NCBI GenBank assembly: GCA_050250895.1 | Contig: JBFWNU010000003.1 | Coordinates: 618,852 to 676,381, forward strand | Length of the DNA: 57,530 bases | Source: Vulcanimicrobiota bacterium | GTDB lineage: Bacteria; Vulcanimicrobiota; Xenobia; Xenobiales; JADMJV01 | Direction of reading: 5' to 3' | Part shown: positions 38,086 to 47,939 of the stretch, in pieces | Layout of the letters: every line of letters starts with the position of its first letter | Position numbering within the stretch: the first letter of the stretch is position 1 | The notes under the pieces: model-generated | Told to the model about the DNA's origin: nothing | Seen by the model: only the letters and a program-made list of their open reading frames with translations | Databases searched by the model: none | Translations under genes and position numbers: made by a program

Positions 38086-40812
38086 ATGACTAGAACGCAA
38101 CGCATTCGGGCGCTGGCCGTAGCCAGCGTAGTGACCGCGCTGCTGCTGGGACTGGTGGTGCTCAGTGGGCCCTATTTGCGTTACCTGTGGCTTGCGTCGC
38201 TGTCTCAGACAGAGGTTTTTTGGACCCTTCTGTGGACTCGACTCGCCTGCGTTCTGCTGGGGTTCACGGGGATGGCCGCGCTGGTCTATGCCAATCTCTG
38301 GTTGTGCGAGCGCAACTGGCCCAGTCGCGGTCCCAATGCCGGTCCCGTCGAGGTCGAGGTTCGGGGCACTCGGGTGGTGGTGGTGGGCCGGCCTGCCCTG
38401 CCAAGCTGGGTGCCCTGGGTGCTGGCCGTCGGGGCTGGACTGCTGGGCGGATTGGCCTGCTATCCGATGGCCACCACCTGGCTGACATTCTATCACCGGG
38501 TGGCCTTCAACGTGGCCGACCCGCTCTTCGGCATGGATGTCAGCACCTACGTCTTCACCCTGCCGTTTTACTACGCCGTGCTGGCGCGGGTGAACCTGGC
38601 CTGCGTGACCGCCCTGGTGATTACCGGCCTGTTCTATGTGGTGCGCGGCAACCGTATTCTGCTTCATGCCGGGCGCATTCCGCCGGTGGTCCTGCGGCAT
38701 CTCATGATCTTGCTGGGCGTTTTCGTGTTGTTGCGCGCCCCTGGCTTCTGGTTCGACCGTCTGGATCTGGCCGTCAAAGGCAGCGGATTGGCGGCCGGCG
38801 CCGGCTACGTCGACGCTCATGTGCTGGCCCCGGCCAACGGCTTGATGGCTTTGTGCACGCTGGCGGTGGGCCTGTTTCTGATCTTCTTTCGCCGCCTTGA
38901 CCGACCGCTGCTGCAAATCTCGATGCTGGTGGGGGTTTCGGTGTTGGGCCTGGCCACGGTCTATCTGTTGCCAGCGGCCATTCAGGCTTATGTGGTGCGA
39001 CCCAACGAGATCGCCCGCGAGCGTCCGTTCATCGAGGGCGGCATCAAAATGACCCGGCTAGCCTTCGGGCTCGACCACATCGACGAGGTGCCTTTCCTGC
39101 CCGACGAGCCATTGAGCCCCGAGATTCTGGAAGATTATCGCCAGACTCTCGACAACGTCAGGCTTTGGGACCCTGAGCCGTTGAAGAACGCCTATGAGCA
39201 ACTGCAGTCGCTGCGCACGTATTACGGCTTTGAGGATGTCGACATCGACCGCTATCAAGTCAATGGCGAAATTCGCCAGGTGATGCTTTCGGCCCGCGAG
39301 ATTTCGGTCAACTCCAACACGACCTGGGTCAACCGGCATCTCAAATACACCCACGGCTACGGGGTGGTGGTTTCGCCCGTCAATCAGCGCAATAGCGAGG
39401 GACAGCCCCTGTTCTGGCTCAAGAACCTGCCGCCGGCTGGATTGCCCGAGTTTGCCACCGAGCGACCCGAGATTTATTTTGGCGAGACCACCGAGTGGTA
39501 TGTGCTGGTCAACACTCGCGAGCCAGAGTTGAGCTACAGCGAAAAGGCGACCCCCTACCAGGGAACGGGCGGGATTCCCGTGACCGGTGGGCTGCGCCGG
39601 TTGGCGATGTCGATCTATTTCTCGGATCCCAACATCCTGCTCAGCGGGGCTATCACTCCTGGCACCAAACTGCTCTACGACCGCGACATCAAAACGCGAC
39701 TGCAGCGATTAGTGCCCTTTCTCGAGCAAGAACCCGACCCTTATCTGGTCATCAGCCAGGGCCGCTTGTTCTGGATTGTGGATCTTTACACGGTCACCAA
39801 TCGCTATCCCTATTCGCACCGGGCCGGCGGGATGAACTACGTGCGCAATTCGGTCAAAGCCGTGATTGACGCCTATTCGGGCTCGGTGCAATTGGTGGTG
39901 GTCGATGAGAAAGACCCGCTGCTGCAGACCTATCGGGCCATCTTTCCCAGCTTGTTTGTCGATCGCTCCCAGGTCGATCCCGAGCTGGGCCAGCACTTTC
40001 GTTACCCCGAACGTCTGCTCCAGCTTCAAGCCGAGGCTTTTCGCTCGTTTCATATGACCGACCCCGAGGTCTTCTATAACCGTGAAGACGTGTGGGAACT
40101 GGCTCAAGAGACCTATTTAGAGGAGAAGGAGCACACCGTCGACCCTTACTATCTGGTCATGCGGCTGCCCGGCGAGGCCGAGCCCGAGTTCATCCTGATG
40201 CTGCCCTTTACGCCCAGGGACAAAGACAATCTCAACGCCTGGCTGGCTGCTCGCTGCGACGGGGAGAATTACGGGCGCCTGTTGCTCTATCGATTTCCCA
40301 AGGACCGACTGGTGTATGGGCCCAAGCAGATCGAAGCGCGCATCGACCAGGACGAGGAGGTCTCGGGGCAGCTTACCCTGTGGGACCAGCAAGGTTCGAA
40401 GGTTCTGCGCGGTAATCTGTTGATCATTCCCATCGAACGCTCTCTGCTTTACGTCGAGCCGCTCTATCTCGAGACCCAGGGAAAGACCCGCATTCCCGAG
40501 CTAAAGCGCGTGATCGTGGCTACGGCTGAGTCTCACGGCGAGCAGGCAGAGGGAGGACCGGGCAACCGCGTGGTGATGCGCGAAAGTCTGGACCTGGCGC
40601 TGGCGGCGGCCTTTGGCACGACTTCCACCCCGACCCCCCTTGTTCTCGATAAAGGAACTGCTCGTGACGCATTGAATCATATAGGGAACGCCGAGGGGGC
40701 GCTGTCGAAAGGAGACTGGAAGACGTTTGGAGCCGAAATGCAGAAGGCCAAGACGATTCTTACTGAGCTTTCCCAAGCAGAGGAAGCCCCTGCGCCACCC
40801 CAGAAGCCTTAG
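38086..40812 (+). CDS. UPF0182 family membrane protein
   Basis: DPLFGMDVS.YVFTLPF, NVRLWD, DIDRY, YTHGYG, NYVRNSVK, GSKVLRGNLL, LYVEPLY. Confidence 0.95.
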   Translation: MTRTQRIRALAVASVVTALLLGLVVLSGPYLRYLWLASLSQTEVFWTLLWTRLACVLLGFTGMAALVYANLWLCERNWPSRGPNAGPVEVEVRGTRVVVVGRPALPSWVPWVLAVGAGLLGGLACYPMATTWLTFYHRVAFNVADPLFGMDVSTYVFTLPFYYAVLARVNLACVTALVITGLFYVVRGNRILLHAGRIPPVVLRHLMILLGVFVLLRAPGFWFDRLDLAVKGSGLAAGAGYVDAHVLAPANGLMALCTLAVGLFLIFFRRLDRPLLQISMLVGVSVLGLATVYLLPAAIQAYVVRPNEIARERPFIEGGIKMTRLAFGLDHIDEVPFLPDEPLSPEILEDYRQTLDNVRLWDPEPLKNAYEQLQSLRTYYGFEDVDIDRYQVNGEIRQVMLSAREISVNSNTTWVNRHLKYTHGYGVVVSPVNQRNSEGQPLFWLKNLPPAGLPEFATERPEIYFGETTEWYVLVNTREPELSYSEKATPYQGTGGIPVTGGLRRLAMSIYFSDPNILLSGAITPGTKLLYDRDIKTRLQRLVPFLEQEPDPYLVISQGRLFWIVDLYTVTNRYPYSHRAGGMNYVRNSVKAVIDAYSGSVQLVVVDEKDPLLQTYRAIFPSLFVDRSQVDPELGQHFRYPERLLQLQAEAFRSFHMTDPEVFYNREDVWELAQETYLEEKEHTVDPYYLVMRLPGEAEPEFILMLPFTPRDKDNLNAWLAARCDGENYGRLLLYRFPKDRLVYGPKQIEARIDQDEEVSGQLTLWDQQGSKVLRGNLLIIPIERSLLYVEPLYLETQGKTRIPELKRVIVATAESHGEQAEGGPGNRVVMRESLDLALAAAFGTTSTPTPLVLDKGTARDALNHIGNAEGALSKGDWKTFGAEMQKAKTILTELSQAEEAPAPPQKP

Positions 40813-40830
40813 AGTTCAAGGAAACTCGCG

Positions 40831-42396
40831 GTGTTAAAGGCAGGCGACCTACTTTCAGATAGATACGAGATCGAGAAGGTCCTCGGCCAGGGCGGCATGG
40901 GAGCGGTCTATCTGGCGCGAGACACGCGGATCCCCACCCGTTGGGCGGTCAAGGAGATGTCCGACGCGTTTGCCGACCCCGCCGAGCGCGACGAGGCCGT
41001 CGAGACGTTCAAGGCCGAGGCCCGCATCCTTTCGGGGCTGAATCATCCCAATCTACCTCGCATCACCGACCATTTCTCTGACGAGGGCCGCCAGTACCTG
41101 GTGATGGACTTTGTCGAAGGGGTGACCCTCGAGGCGATGCTCGAAGAACAGAAGCAGTTGCCGGTGGCCACGGTGATCGACCTGGCCATCCAGATCACTG
41201 AAGTGCTCGACTATCTGCACACCCGCGACAAACCCGTCATCTTTCGCGATTTCAAGCCCGGCAACGTGATGGTGACGCCGGAGGGCAAGGCCAAGCTCAT
41301 CGACTTTGGGATCGCGCGTCATTTTAGCTCGGGCAAGAGTTCCGACACGCGAGCGTTGGGCACCCCAGGCTACGCCGCCCCCGAGCAGTATGGCAAGGGC
41401 CAATCCGACCCTCGCACTGACATCTACGCCCTGGGGGCGACCCTCTACCAGGCCCTGACAGGTCACGACCCTACCGAGAATCCCTTTGTCTTTCCGGCTT
41501 TTCGCGAACAGCGCCCCGAGGTGCCCGAGGCCCTGGAGGCGATCATCCTGCGGTGTGTCTCGCTCAAGGCCGACGAGCGCTTTCCTACTGCCTCGGCCTT
41601 GCGCGAGGCTCTCGAGAAGCTGCGCGAGGACCCGGCCGCCTATCGGCATCTGCCCGACCGACTCAAGACCGCCCCCCTGGCTCCGCCTACGGCCATGGGC
41701 TTCGAGCCCAGGTTGCTCCGGTTTGGCCCCGTCAAACGCGGGGATGTGGCCCGGGGCAAGGTCGTCTTGCGAGGCGACTTCGATCACAAGCTCAAGGCCA
41801 CTCAAAAATGGCTGAGCGTTCAGCCGAACCGGGTGCAGGGCAACAATGTGGCCGTGGAGGTGTCCGTTTCTACCGCCAAGATGGTCGACGGAGGCAACTT
41901 TCAGGGCGAGTTGACCGTGGCCGGTTATCCCGAACTCGAGCCCCTGCGGGTTGAAGTGGCCGTCGAGCCGAATCACGTAACCGTCTGGACCCTGGCCCTG
42001 GCCTTCATGTTTTGTCTGGGCAGTTTTATTCCACTGGCGGGATATGTCACCACCGGTTTGCTGCTGAGTGTCTTTCTGGCCACTCCCCGCGGCGAGCGCG
42101 CCGTGCTCAAGGCCTTTCTGGTGGTCGCCATTCTGGCCAGCATCGGTTGGACGGCGCTGGGCACCCTGATCGGGTTCGGTCTTACCAAAGTGGATTGGTC
42201 CAGGGTCAACCCCTGGAAACAACCACAATCGCAGCCGGCTTCACCCACCCCGAGCGGGTTTTTTTTGGACGCCAGGAATGAGGTTGCCTACCGGACTGAG
42301 AAGAGGTTCCTTCCGGGTGCCGTACTTGACTTTCGGGGTGGTCCGGCGTGGGACCCGGGAATAGCGTTGGAGGAATTCCATGATCGAGTGTCCTAG
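40831..42396 (+). CDS. Hanks-type Ser/Thr protein kinase, membrane-anchored
   Basis: LGQGGMGAVY, AVKE, FRDFKPGN, IDFG, GTPGYAAPEQ; Ig/BACON-like domain and C-terminal TM helices. Confidence 0.95.
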   Translation: MLKAGDLLSDRYEIEKVLGQGGMGAVYLARDTRIPTRWAVKEMSDAFADPAERDEAVETFKAEARILSGLNHPNLPRITDHFSDEGRQYLVMDFVEGVTLEAMLEEQKQLPVATVIDLAIQITEVLDYLHTRDKPVIFRDFKPGNVMVTPEGKAKLIDFGIARHFSSGKSSDTRALGTPGYAAPEQYGKGQSDPRTDIYALGATLYQALTGHDPTENPFVFPAFREQRPEVPEALEAIILRCVSLKADERFPTASALREALEKLREDPAAYRHLPDRLKTAPLAPPTAMGFEPRLLRFGPVKRGDVARGKVVLRGDFDHKLKATQKWLSVQPNRVQGNNVAVEVSVSTAKMVDGGNFQGELTVAGYPELEPLRVEVAVEPNHVTVWTLALAFMFCLGSFIPLAGYVTTGLLLSVFLATPRGERAVLKAFLVVAILASIGWTALGTLIGFGLTKVDWSRVNPWKQPQSQPASPTPSGFFLDARNEVAYRTEKRFLPGAVLDFRGGPAWDPGIALEEFHDRVS

Positions 42397-44143
42397 CTGC
42401 TCGGCCGACAACACCGACGACTCACGCTTTTGTGAGGAATGCGGGGCTCAGCTACCCCAGGGGTCCGGAGCCGTGGCCGTGGCTACCCGCGAAGGCCCGT
42501 TGTCCGAAGGAGCCGTAGTCGACGGTCGGTTTACCATTAGCCGAGCGCTCTACGGCTGCCGCATCCACCGCTACCGGGCTGGCGAGCAGCTTTTGCTCGA
42601 GGGTCCCGAAGGCGACCGCGAATTGCTGGCCGAGCAGAAAAAGCGTCTGGGCGATGTCGAGACCGACGTTTTGTGGCGCCCGACCGAAGCCTGCCGCTGG
42701 GAGAATCGCGATTATCTGATAGGGCCCATGCCCACAGGACGCACGCTGGCCGAGCACGTTGACCAGGACGGTCCGCTGGGGTCGGACATGGTCCACGAGA
42801 TCGGACTCAAGTTGGCCGGGTTGCTCGAGGCGATGCACGCTGCCCATCTGCTCAGCCGTTCCATCCAGCCGGACCGAGTTTTTGCCGACGATGATGGTCA
42901 TCTGGTGGTGGATGCCTTCGGGCGCGTCTGCGCCAAAGGGGGAAACTCCGAGTCATACGAGGTGACTCCCGGATTCTCGCCGCCGGAGTGTTACGGGATG
43001 CAAGGTGGTCAGGTCGACGAGCGCTCGGACATCTTCAGTCTGGGAGCGCTGCTCCACTACTGTCTGACCGGCAAGCGAACCGACCTCGAGTCGCGCGAGA
43101 CGTTTTTTGTCTTTCCTCGCCCCCAGGCCGAAGCTCCGGCCACCCTCGTCGACACCATCATGAAGGCTGTGTCCAAAGCGCCTGAGGCGCGCTTTGCGAC
43201 GGCCGCAGATTTCGCTCGGGCCCTCGAGGGGCAGCCGGTGCCCACGCCGGCCCCTAAGCCCACGCCAGCACCTCGTCCCGCCCCGGCCGCCGCCGCAGCC
43301 GTCCCGGCCGCTGACTCCAGCCAGCCGGCATCAGGCCAGCCGGTGGGAGCCTACACGGTGGCGATGTTGAGCAACATCGGTTGTGTCCGCTCGATCAATC
43401 AGGACGCCTGCCTCGAACTGCGCTTCACCTCGGTCGAGAAAAGCAACAATCGCGAGGGGCATCTGGTGGCCGTGATTGACGGTATGGGCGGCGAAGCCGA
43501 AGGCGACAAGGCCGCTTCGCTGGCCCTTCGAGCCATCGCTCAGGAGGTCGTCTCCTTGTCGCTGTCGTTGCGCAACGGACGCCACACCGCGCCGCTGATG
43601 CCCGACGACGCCACGGAAAAGAATCGGTTCATTATTCAACGCGCCCTTGAAGTGGCCAATCGCACCATTCATGAGTATGCCTCGCTCGACCGAGCCCGCC
43701 AGGGCATGGGTTGCACCATCACGGCCGCGCTCTTCGATGGGCCCACGGCCGTTTTCGGTCACGTGGGCGACACGCGCGCCTACCTTTATCGTGGCGGCCT
43801 GGACCAGATCACCACCGACCACTCTCTGGTGGGCCGGCTGGTCGAAATGGGGCAGATGACCCCCGAAGAGGCCCGTAACTCTCCTCAGCGCAGCATCATC
43901 TATCGCGCCATGGGAACCAATCCCGAGGTCGAGGTCGATGTTTACGAGCGCAAACTCGAGGCCGGCGACTACGTGATGATGTCGTCGGATGGAGTCTGGG
44001 AGTATTTCGAGCAGGGCGAACTGAAAGCCGTGTTCGATCGACTCACCGATCCTCACGAGATTTGTGAGGAGTTGGTGAGAATCTGTCTCGAGCGCGGAGC
44101 GGACGACAACGCCACCGTCGCCATCGTGCACGCTCTCGGTTAG
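42380..44143 (+). CDS. Zn-ribbon / pseudokinase / PP2C phosphatase fusion
   Basis: CPSC..CEECG; degenerate kinase (SRSIQPDR, DAFG, TPGFSPPE, SDIFSLG); PP2C motifs RSINQD, DGMGG, GCT, HVGDTRAY, SDG, DNAT. Confidence 0.9.
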   Translation: MIECPSCSADNTDDSRFCEECGAQLPQGSGAVAVATREGPLSEGAVVDGRFTISRALYGCRIHRYRAGEQLLLEGPEGDRELLAEQKKRLGDVETDVLWRPTEACRWENRDYLIGPMPTGRTLAEHVDQDGPLGSDMVHEIGLKLAGLLEAMHAAHLLSRSIQPDRVFADDDGHLVVDAFGRVCAKGGNSESYEVTPGFSPPECYGMQGGQVDERSDIFSLGALLHYCLTGKRTDLESRETFFVFPRPQAEAPATLVDTIMKAVSKAPEARFATAADFARALEGQPVPTPAPKPTPAPRPAPAAAAAVPAADSSQPASGQPVGAYTVAMLSNIGCVRSINQDACLELRFTSVEKSNNREGHLVAVIDGMGGEAEGDKAASLALRAIAQEVVSLSLSLRNGRHTAPLMPDDATEKNRFIIQRALEVANRTIHEYASLDRARQGMGCTITAALFDGPTAVFGHVGDTRAYLYRGGLDQITTDHSLVGRLVEMGQMTPEEARNSPQRSIIYRAMGTNPEVEVDVYERKLEAGDYVMMSSDGVWEYFEQGELKAVFDRLTDPHEICEELVRICLERGADDNATVAIVHALG

Positions 44144-44221
44144 TGCCTGATCGGGTCCTCGCCAGGAATTTGAGGCACGGGCGAAAAAAGGCGCTCATCG
44201 AACTATTCACTGGAGGTATAC

Positions 44222-45517
44222 GTGGCCGAAGTTGAAGTCGGAGCTTTCCTAAGCTACCAGAATATTATGGTGACCAGCGAGAACAAGCTGGTTTACTTGT
44301 TGGTCGAGGCCACCCCCTCCGCTGGCATCGGGATCGGTCCCGCCGCCCTCAACCTGGCCATCGTGCTCGACAAGTCGGGCTCGATGTATGCCGCCGAGAA
44401 GCTCGAATACGTCATTTCCGCCGTCAGCCACGTGATGGAAGAGCTTCGGCCGACCGACATCTGCACCGTGATCGCCTTTGCCGACAAGGCGCGCGTGCTG
44501 ATCCCCTCCAGCCAGATCTATGATAAAGAATCGGCCCGTCGCATGGTGCGCAACATCGACCAGATCGATGTCGGCTCGGGAACCGAGATGCTGCACGGCA
44601 TCCGCGCGGCTATGGAAGAGTTGCGCAAAAACATCTCGCCCGAGCGCATGAATCACATCGTGCTCTTGACCGACGGTCTTACCCTCCACGAGAGCCACTG
44701 TAAAGAGGCTTGTTTGATGGCGGCCGGTGAGGGTATCTCGGTTTCGACCATCGGGGTTGGTGACGACTTCAACGAGCGCTTCCTGCTCGACATCGCCAAC
44801 GCGTGCCGGGGCACTTCTTATTACATCGATGTGCCTCGGGATATCCCGACCATCTTCAATCAAGAACTCAAAGGCGTGCAGAATGTGGTCGTTCGCAATC
44901 CCAAGCTCGAACTACGCCTCTCGCGCGACATCAACGTTCGCCGCGCCTACAAGGTCAAGCCTCTGATCAACGACCTGGGAGCGATTCCCACGGTCGAGCG
45001 GGTGGCCACCATCGATGTGGGCGACCTGCAGAAAGGCGAGACTCAGTCGATGCTTTTCGAGTTGGTGTTGCCCTCGCGGGCGCCGGGGACCTACCGGGTG
45101 GCTAAGGCCAATCTGATCTACGATATACCCGAGCAGGGCATCCGCGCCAAGGCGGTGGGCCAGGATGTGACCATCACCTACACTCAAGATCAGAGCGCCG
45201 CTTCCAAAGTCACGCCCAAGGTGATGGCGGTGGTCGACGCGGTTTCGGTATTCCGCCAACAGACCCGCGCCCTCGAGATGGCTCAGGCCGGCGACCGCGC
45301 CAAGGCCACCCAGTTGCTGCGCTCGGCCGCAACCCAGCTACTCCAACAGGGTCAAAAAGATCTGGCCGACGCGGCCATGGCCGAGGCCGGCCGCATCGAG
45401 CAGGGTGGGGGAGCCACCTCGCACGGTACCAAGAAGTTGGAATACGGAACGCGAAAACTCACTCAACTGCTCGATCAAATCCCGTTCCCTGAGGCCGCAG
45501 CCCCCCAAAAGGACTGA
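44222..45517 (+). CDS. vWA-domain protein
   Basis: MIDAS DKSGSM, LLTDG, TIGVGDDFNE. Confidence 0.92.
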   Translation: MAEVEVGAFLSYQNIMVTSENKLVYLLVEATPSAGIGIGPAALNLAIVLDKSGSMYAAEKLEYVISAVSHVMEELRPTDICTVIAFADKARVLIPSSQIYDKESARRMVRNIDQIDVGSGTEMLHGIRAAMEELRKNISPERMNHIVLLTDGLTLHESHCKEACLMAAGEGISVSTIGVGDDFNERFLLDIANACRGTSYYIDVPRDIPTIFNQELKGVQNVVVRNPKLELRLSRDINVRRAYKVKPLINDLGAIPTVERVATIDVGDLQKGETQSMLFELVLPSRAPGTYRVAKANLIYDIPEQGIRAKAVGQDVTITYTQDQSAASKVTPKVMAVVDAVSVFRQQTRALEMAQAGDRAKATQLLRSAATQLLQQGQKDLADAAMAEAGRIEQGGGATSHGTKKLEYGTRKLTQLLDQIPFPEAAAPQKD

Positions 45518-45564
45518 GGGGCGAAGGCACGAATTTTACTGTGGAAGAACACCTGGAGGTATAA

Positions 45565-46308
45565 ATGGCCATCATCTGCACGGTTTGCGGAGCCGAAAAT
45601 ATGGAGGGTTCAATCTACTGCGAGGACTGCGGCGCCCGTTTGCCCGTGGCCACTCCGGCCGCCGATCCGGCACCGGTCGCGGCCGCCCCGCCTGCGCCCC
45701 CCACCCCTCCTCCAACTCCGGCCGCGCCTCCCGAGCCAACCCCGGCTCCCGAGCCGGTCAGCGCTCCCGAGCCGGCGCCTGCCGCTCCGGCAGCCGCTGG
45801 TGGTAGTTCGGTTTGTGACGCCTGCGGCGCCGAGAACCCCGCGGGTGAAGCCTACTGCGAGGACTGCGGCGCGGCTCTGGGTGGCGCCGGTAGCTCTACC
45901 CCGGTTCCCACCGCCACCGTGCCCGACGCCCCCCCGCCGGTCACCCCTCCGCCGCAGCCCACGGCCGCTCCGCCCACCCCGGTGGCCGCCAGCAGTTCCA
46001 AGCTGAAGTTGGCCAACGGGGCCGAGGAGTGGAGCCTTTCCAAAGACGTGATCAACATCGGGCGTCGCTCGCCCGTGGACGGTATTTTCCCCGAGGTCGA
46101 CCTCACCGAGGCCGACACCGACTCGTACATCTCGCGACGTCACGGACGCATCACTATGGGCGAGCAGGGTCCCATCTACGAAGACCTGGGTTCCTCCAAC
46201 GGATCGTTCCTCAACGGTACCCGACTGCAGCAGGGGGTTCAGGCGGTGGTCAAAGATGGCGACCGCTTGCGCCTCGGCAAGACAGAGCTGGTTTACATAG
46301 CCAACTGA
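45565..46308 (+). CDS. Double Zn-ribbon FHA-domain protein
   Basis: Two CxxCGAEN..YCEDCG ribbons; IGRR, ISRRH, DLGSSNGSFLNG. Confidence 0.92.
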   Translation: MAIICTVCGAENMEGSIYCEDCGARLPVATPAADPAPVAAAPPAPPTPPPTPAAPPEPTPAPEPVSAPEPAPAAPAAAGGSSVCDACGAENPAGEAYCEDCGAALGGAGSSTPVPTATVPDAPPPVTPPPQPTAAPPTPVAASSSKLKLANGAEEWSLSKDVINIGRRSPVDGIFPEVDLTEADTDSYISRRHGRITMGEQGPIYEDLGSSNGSFLNGTRLQQGVQAVVKDGDRLRLGKTELVYIAN

Positions 46309-46339
46309 TTCGGCCTGAGCCGGGCCACAAAGGAAAGCC

Positions 46340-47776
46340 ATGGACAAAGATGTCCTCAATAGCGTGAAGGCCGGCTTCGGCCTGGCTGGCAAATTGGTCG
46401 GCAAAGGGGTCGACGAGGTCTCGAAGGTCATCAAGAAGGGCGACGAGGGTCGTTCGGTCGGTGACACCGGTCTCTACTTCACGCCGCAGGACGCCTCTCC
46501 CGAGTTCGGGTTGATTCCGTCTGTGCGCTTCCTCGAGGCTCAAGACGACAGCCGGTTCGACTTCAACCTGCTGCGCAACCTGACCACCTCGGCTGGAGAG
46601 AAGGCCTTCGTGGCCGGCCTGCACGCCCTGTTGGTGGGCAACACCAACGAGGCCAAGTCGCGCCTGCGCGAGTCGACCAGCAAGGGCAAGGACTCGAAAG
46701 TCCAGCTGACCGACGCCTATTTCGTGCTCGGCTGTCTGCTGCTCGAGGAAGAGGAGCCTCAAGAGGCGATTCGCCACTTCAAGACGGCTCTTTTGGCCCA
46801 ACAATCGCTGGGCAAGCAGCTGTCGCGCTATCTACCGTCGCTGCACGCCTCACTACCGCTGACCGAGCACAGCAGCTTCTGTTTCTATCCCGATCTTTTG
46901 GGGCTCAACCTGGCCATGTCGCTGGCTCTGCGCCTGACTGGCAACACCGAAGAGGCCGTCCACACCCTCGAGCAAGTCCTGGGCATCATGCCGGGGGACC
47001 CGGTGGCCGAGTTCTTCGTCAATCTATTCCGGGCCGAATTGGGCCAGCACCGGACAGTCTTTGACTCGCTCCAATCGACCCTGCCCGACTCGAACATTCA
47101 GGTGGCCAACATGGTGCTATTGGGCAAGGCCTGCGTAGCCCTGGGCGACCCGGTCACGGCCCGCGAGATTTTCCGCAAGGCCCTGCAGCGCGAGCACCTC
47201 GACCCCACCCTTCGTCTGGACCTGCGCCACTCGCTGGGCGAGGCGCTGGCGGCCGAGGGCTGGGCCAATGACGCAGTCGAAGAGTTCCAGTCGGTCAAGG
47301 CCGAGCGTCCCTACTACGAAGCCATCAACAAGCGTCTGGGCATGACCGAGCGGGCCCCCCGCGAAGAACCTGCCCCGGCTCCCGTAAAACAACCGACCAA
47401 ACCCACCGAAGAGATTGTCACGCCGGCCCCCGAGCCAATCGCAAAGGTGCCCCTGCCCGCTCCGACGCCCCCTAAGCCTCTGGTCGATGCCGGCGGCAAA
47501 GTCTCACGTCTGGTCTGCGAGGCCCGCGAAATCGATGTCGACCTGACCGCCGGCCCCATCACCATCGGCCGGGAAGAAGGCGACCTGGTGCTCGAGGGCG
47601 ATTCGGCCGCCTCGCGCTTGCACGCCCAGATTACCCCCGAAAACGAGATGTTCTACATCGAAGACCTGGGTTCGACCAACGGTACCTGGGTGAACCGCCA
47701 TAAGATTACTCGGCGGGTCGAGCTGCATCGCGGCGATCTGGTCCAGATCGGCGAAACATCGTTTCAGGTGCTGTAA
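46340..47776 (+). CDS. TPR and FHA domain protein
   Basis: Helical repeats; C-terminal IGR, SRLHA, EDLGSTNGTWVN. Confidence 0.88.
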   Translation: MDKDVLNSVKAGFGLAGKLVGKGVDEVSKVIKKGDEGRSVGDTGLYFTPQDASPEFGLIPSVRFLEAQDDSRFDFNLLRNLTTSAGEKAFVAGLHALLVGNTNEAKSRLRESTSKGKDSKVQLTDAYFVLGCLLLEEEEPQEAIRHFKTALLAQQSLGKQLSRYLPSLHASLPLTEHSSFCFYPDLLGLNLAMSLALRLTGNTEEAVHTLEQVLGIMPGDPVAEFFVNLFRAELGQHRTVFDSLQSTLPDSNIQVANMVLLGKACVALGDPVTAREIFRKALQREHLDPTLRLDLRHSLGEALAAEGWANDAVEEFQSVKAERPYYEAINKRLGMTERAPREEPAPAPVKQPTKPTEEIVTPAPEPIAKVPLPAPTPPKPLVDAGGKVSRLVCEAREIDVDLTAGPITIGREEGDLVLEGDSAASRLHAQITPENEMFYIEDLGSTNGTWVNRHKITRRVELHRGDLVQIGETSFQVL

Positions 47777-47809
47777 CGGACTTCGGCCTGAGCCCCTTCC
47801 CTCGCCGGG

Positions 47810-47840
47810 AAAAATAAAAGGCCCCCCGTGGTGGAGGGCC
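47810..47840 (-). terminator. Intrinsic terminator on the minus strand
   Basis: GGCCCTCC-ACCAC-GGGGGGCC followed by TTTTATTTTT. Confidence 0.75.
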
Positions 47841-47939
47841 AACTACCGGCCTATAGGCTGAGGCCATCTTCAAATTTAGCCCCGAGCCCGCCGACCGGCC
47901 GCCCCCGGTAGGGGCGTTCGTTCAGGATCACTGTCCTGT
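47810..47939 (-). ncRNA. Candidate ~130-nt small RNA
   Basis: Promoter TTGGCT-17-TACAGT (47974-47946), three hairpins and a terminator; no credible ORF; no RNA family recognised. Confidence 0.45.

Noticed and set aside
47870-47920. c-di-AMP (ydaO) riboswitch suggested by CCCGAGCCCG
   Set aside because: The conserved GCTGAA, GGGGTGAAT and CAGCTAAC elements are absent.
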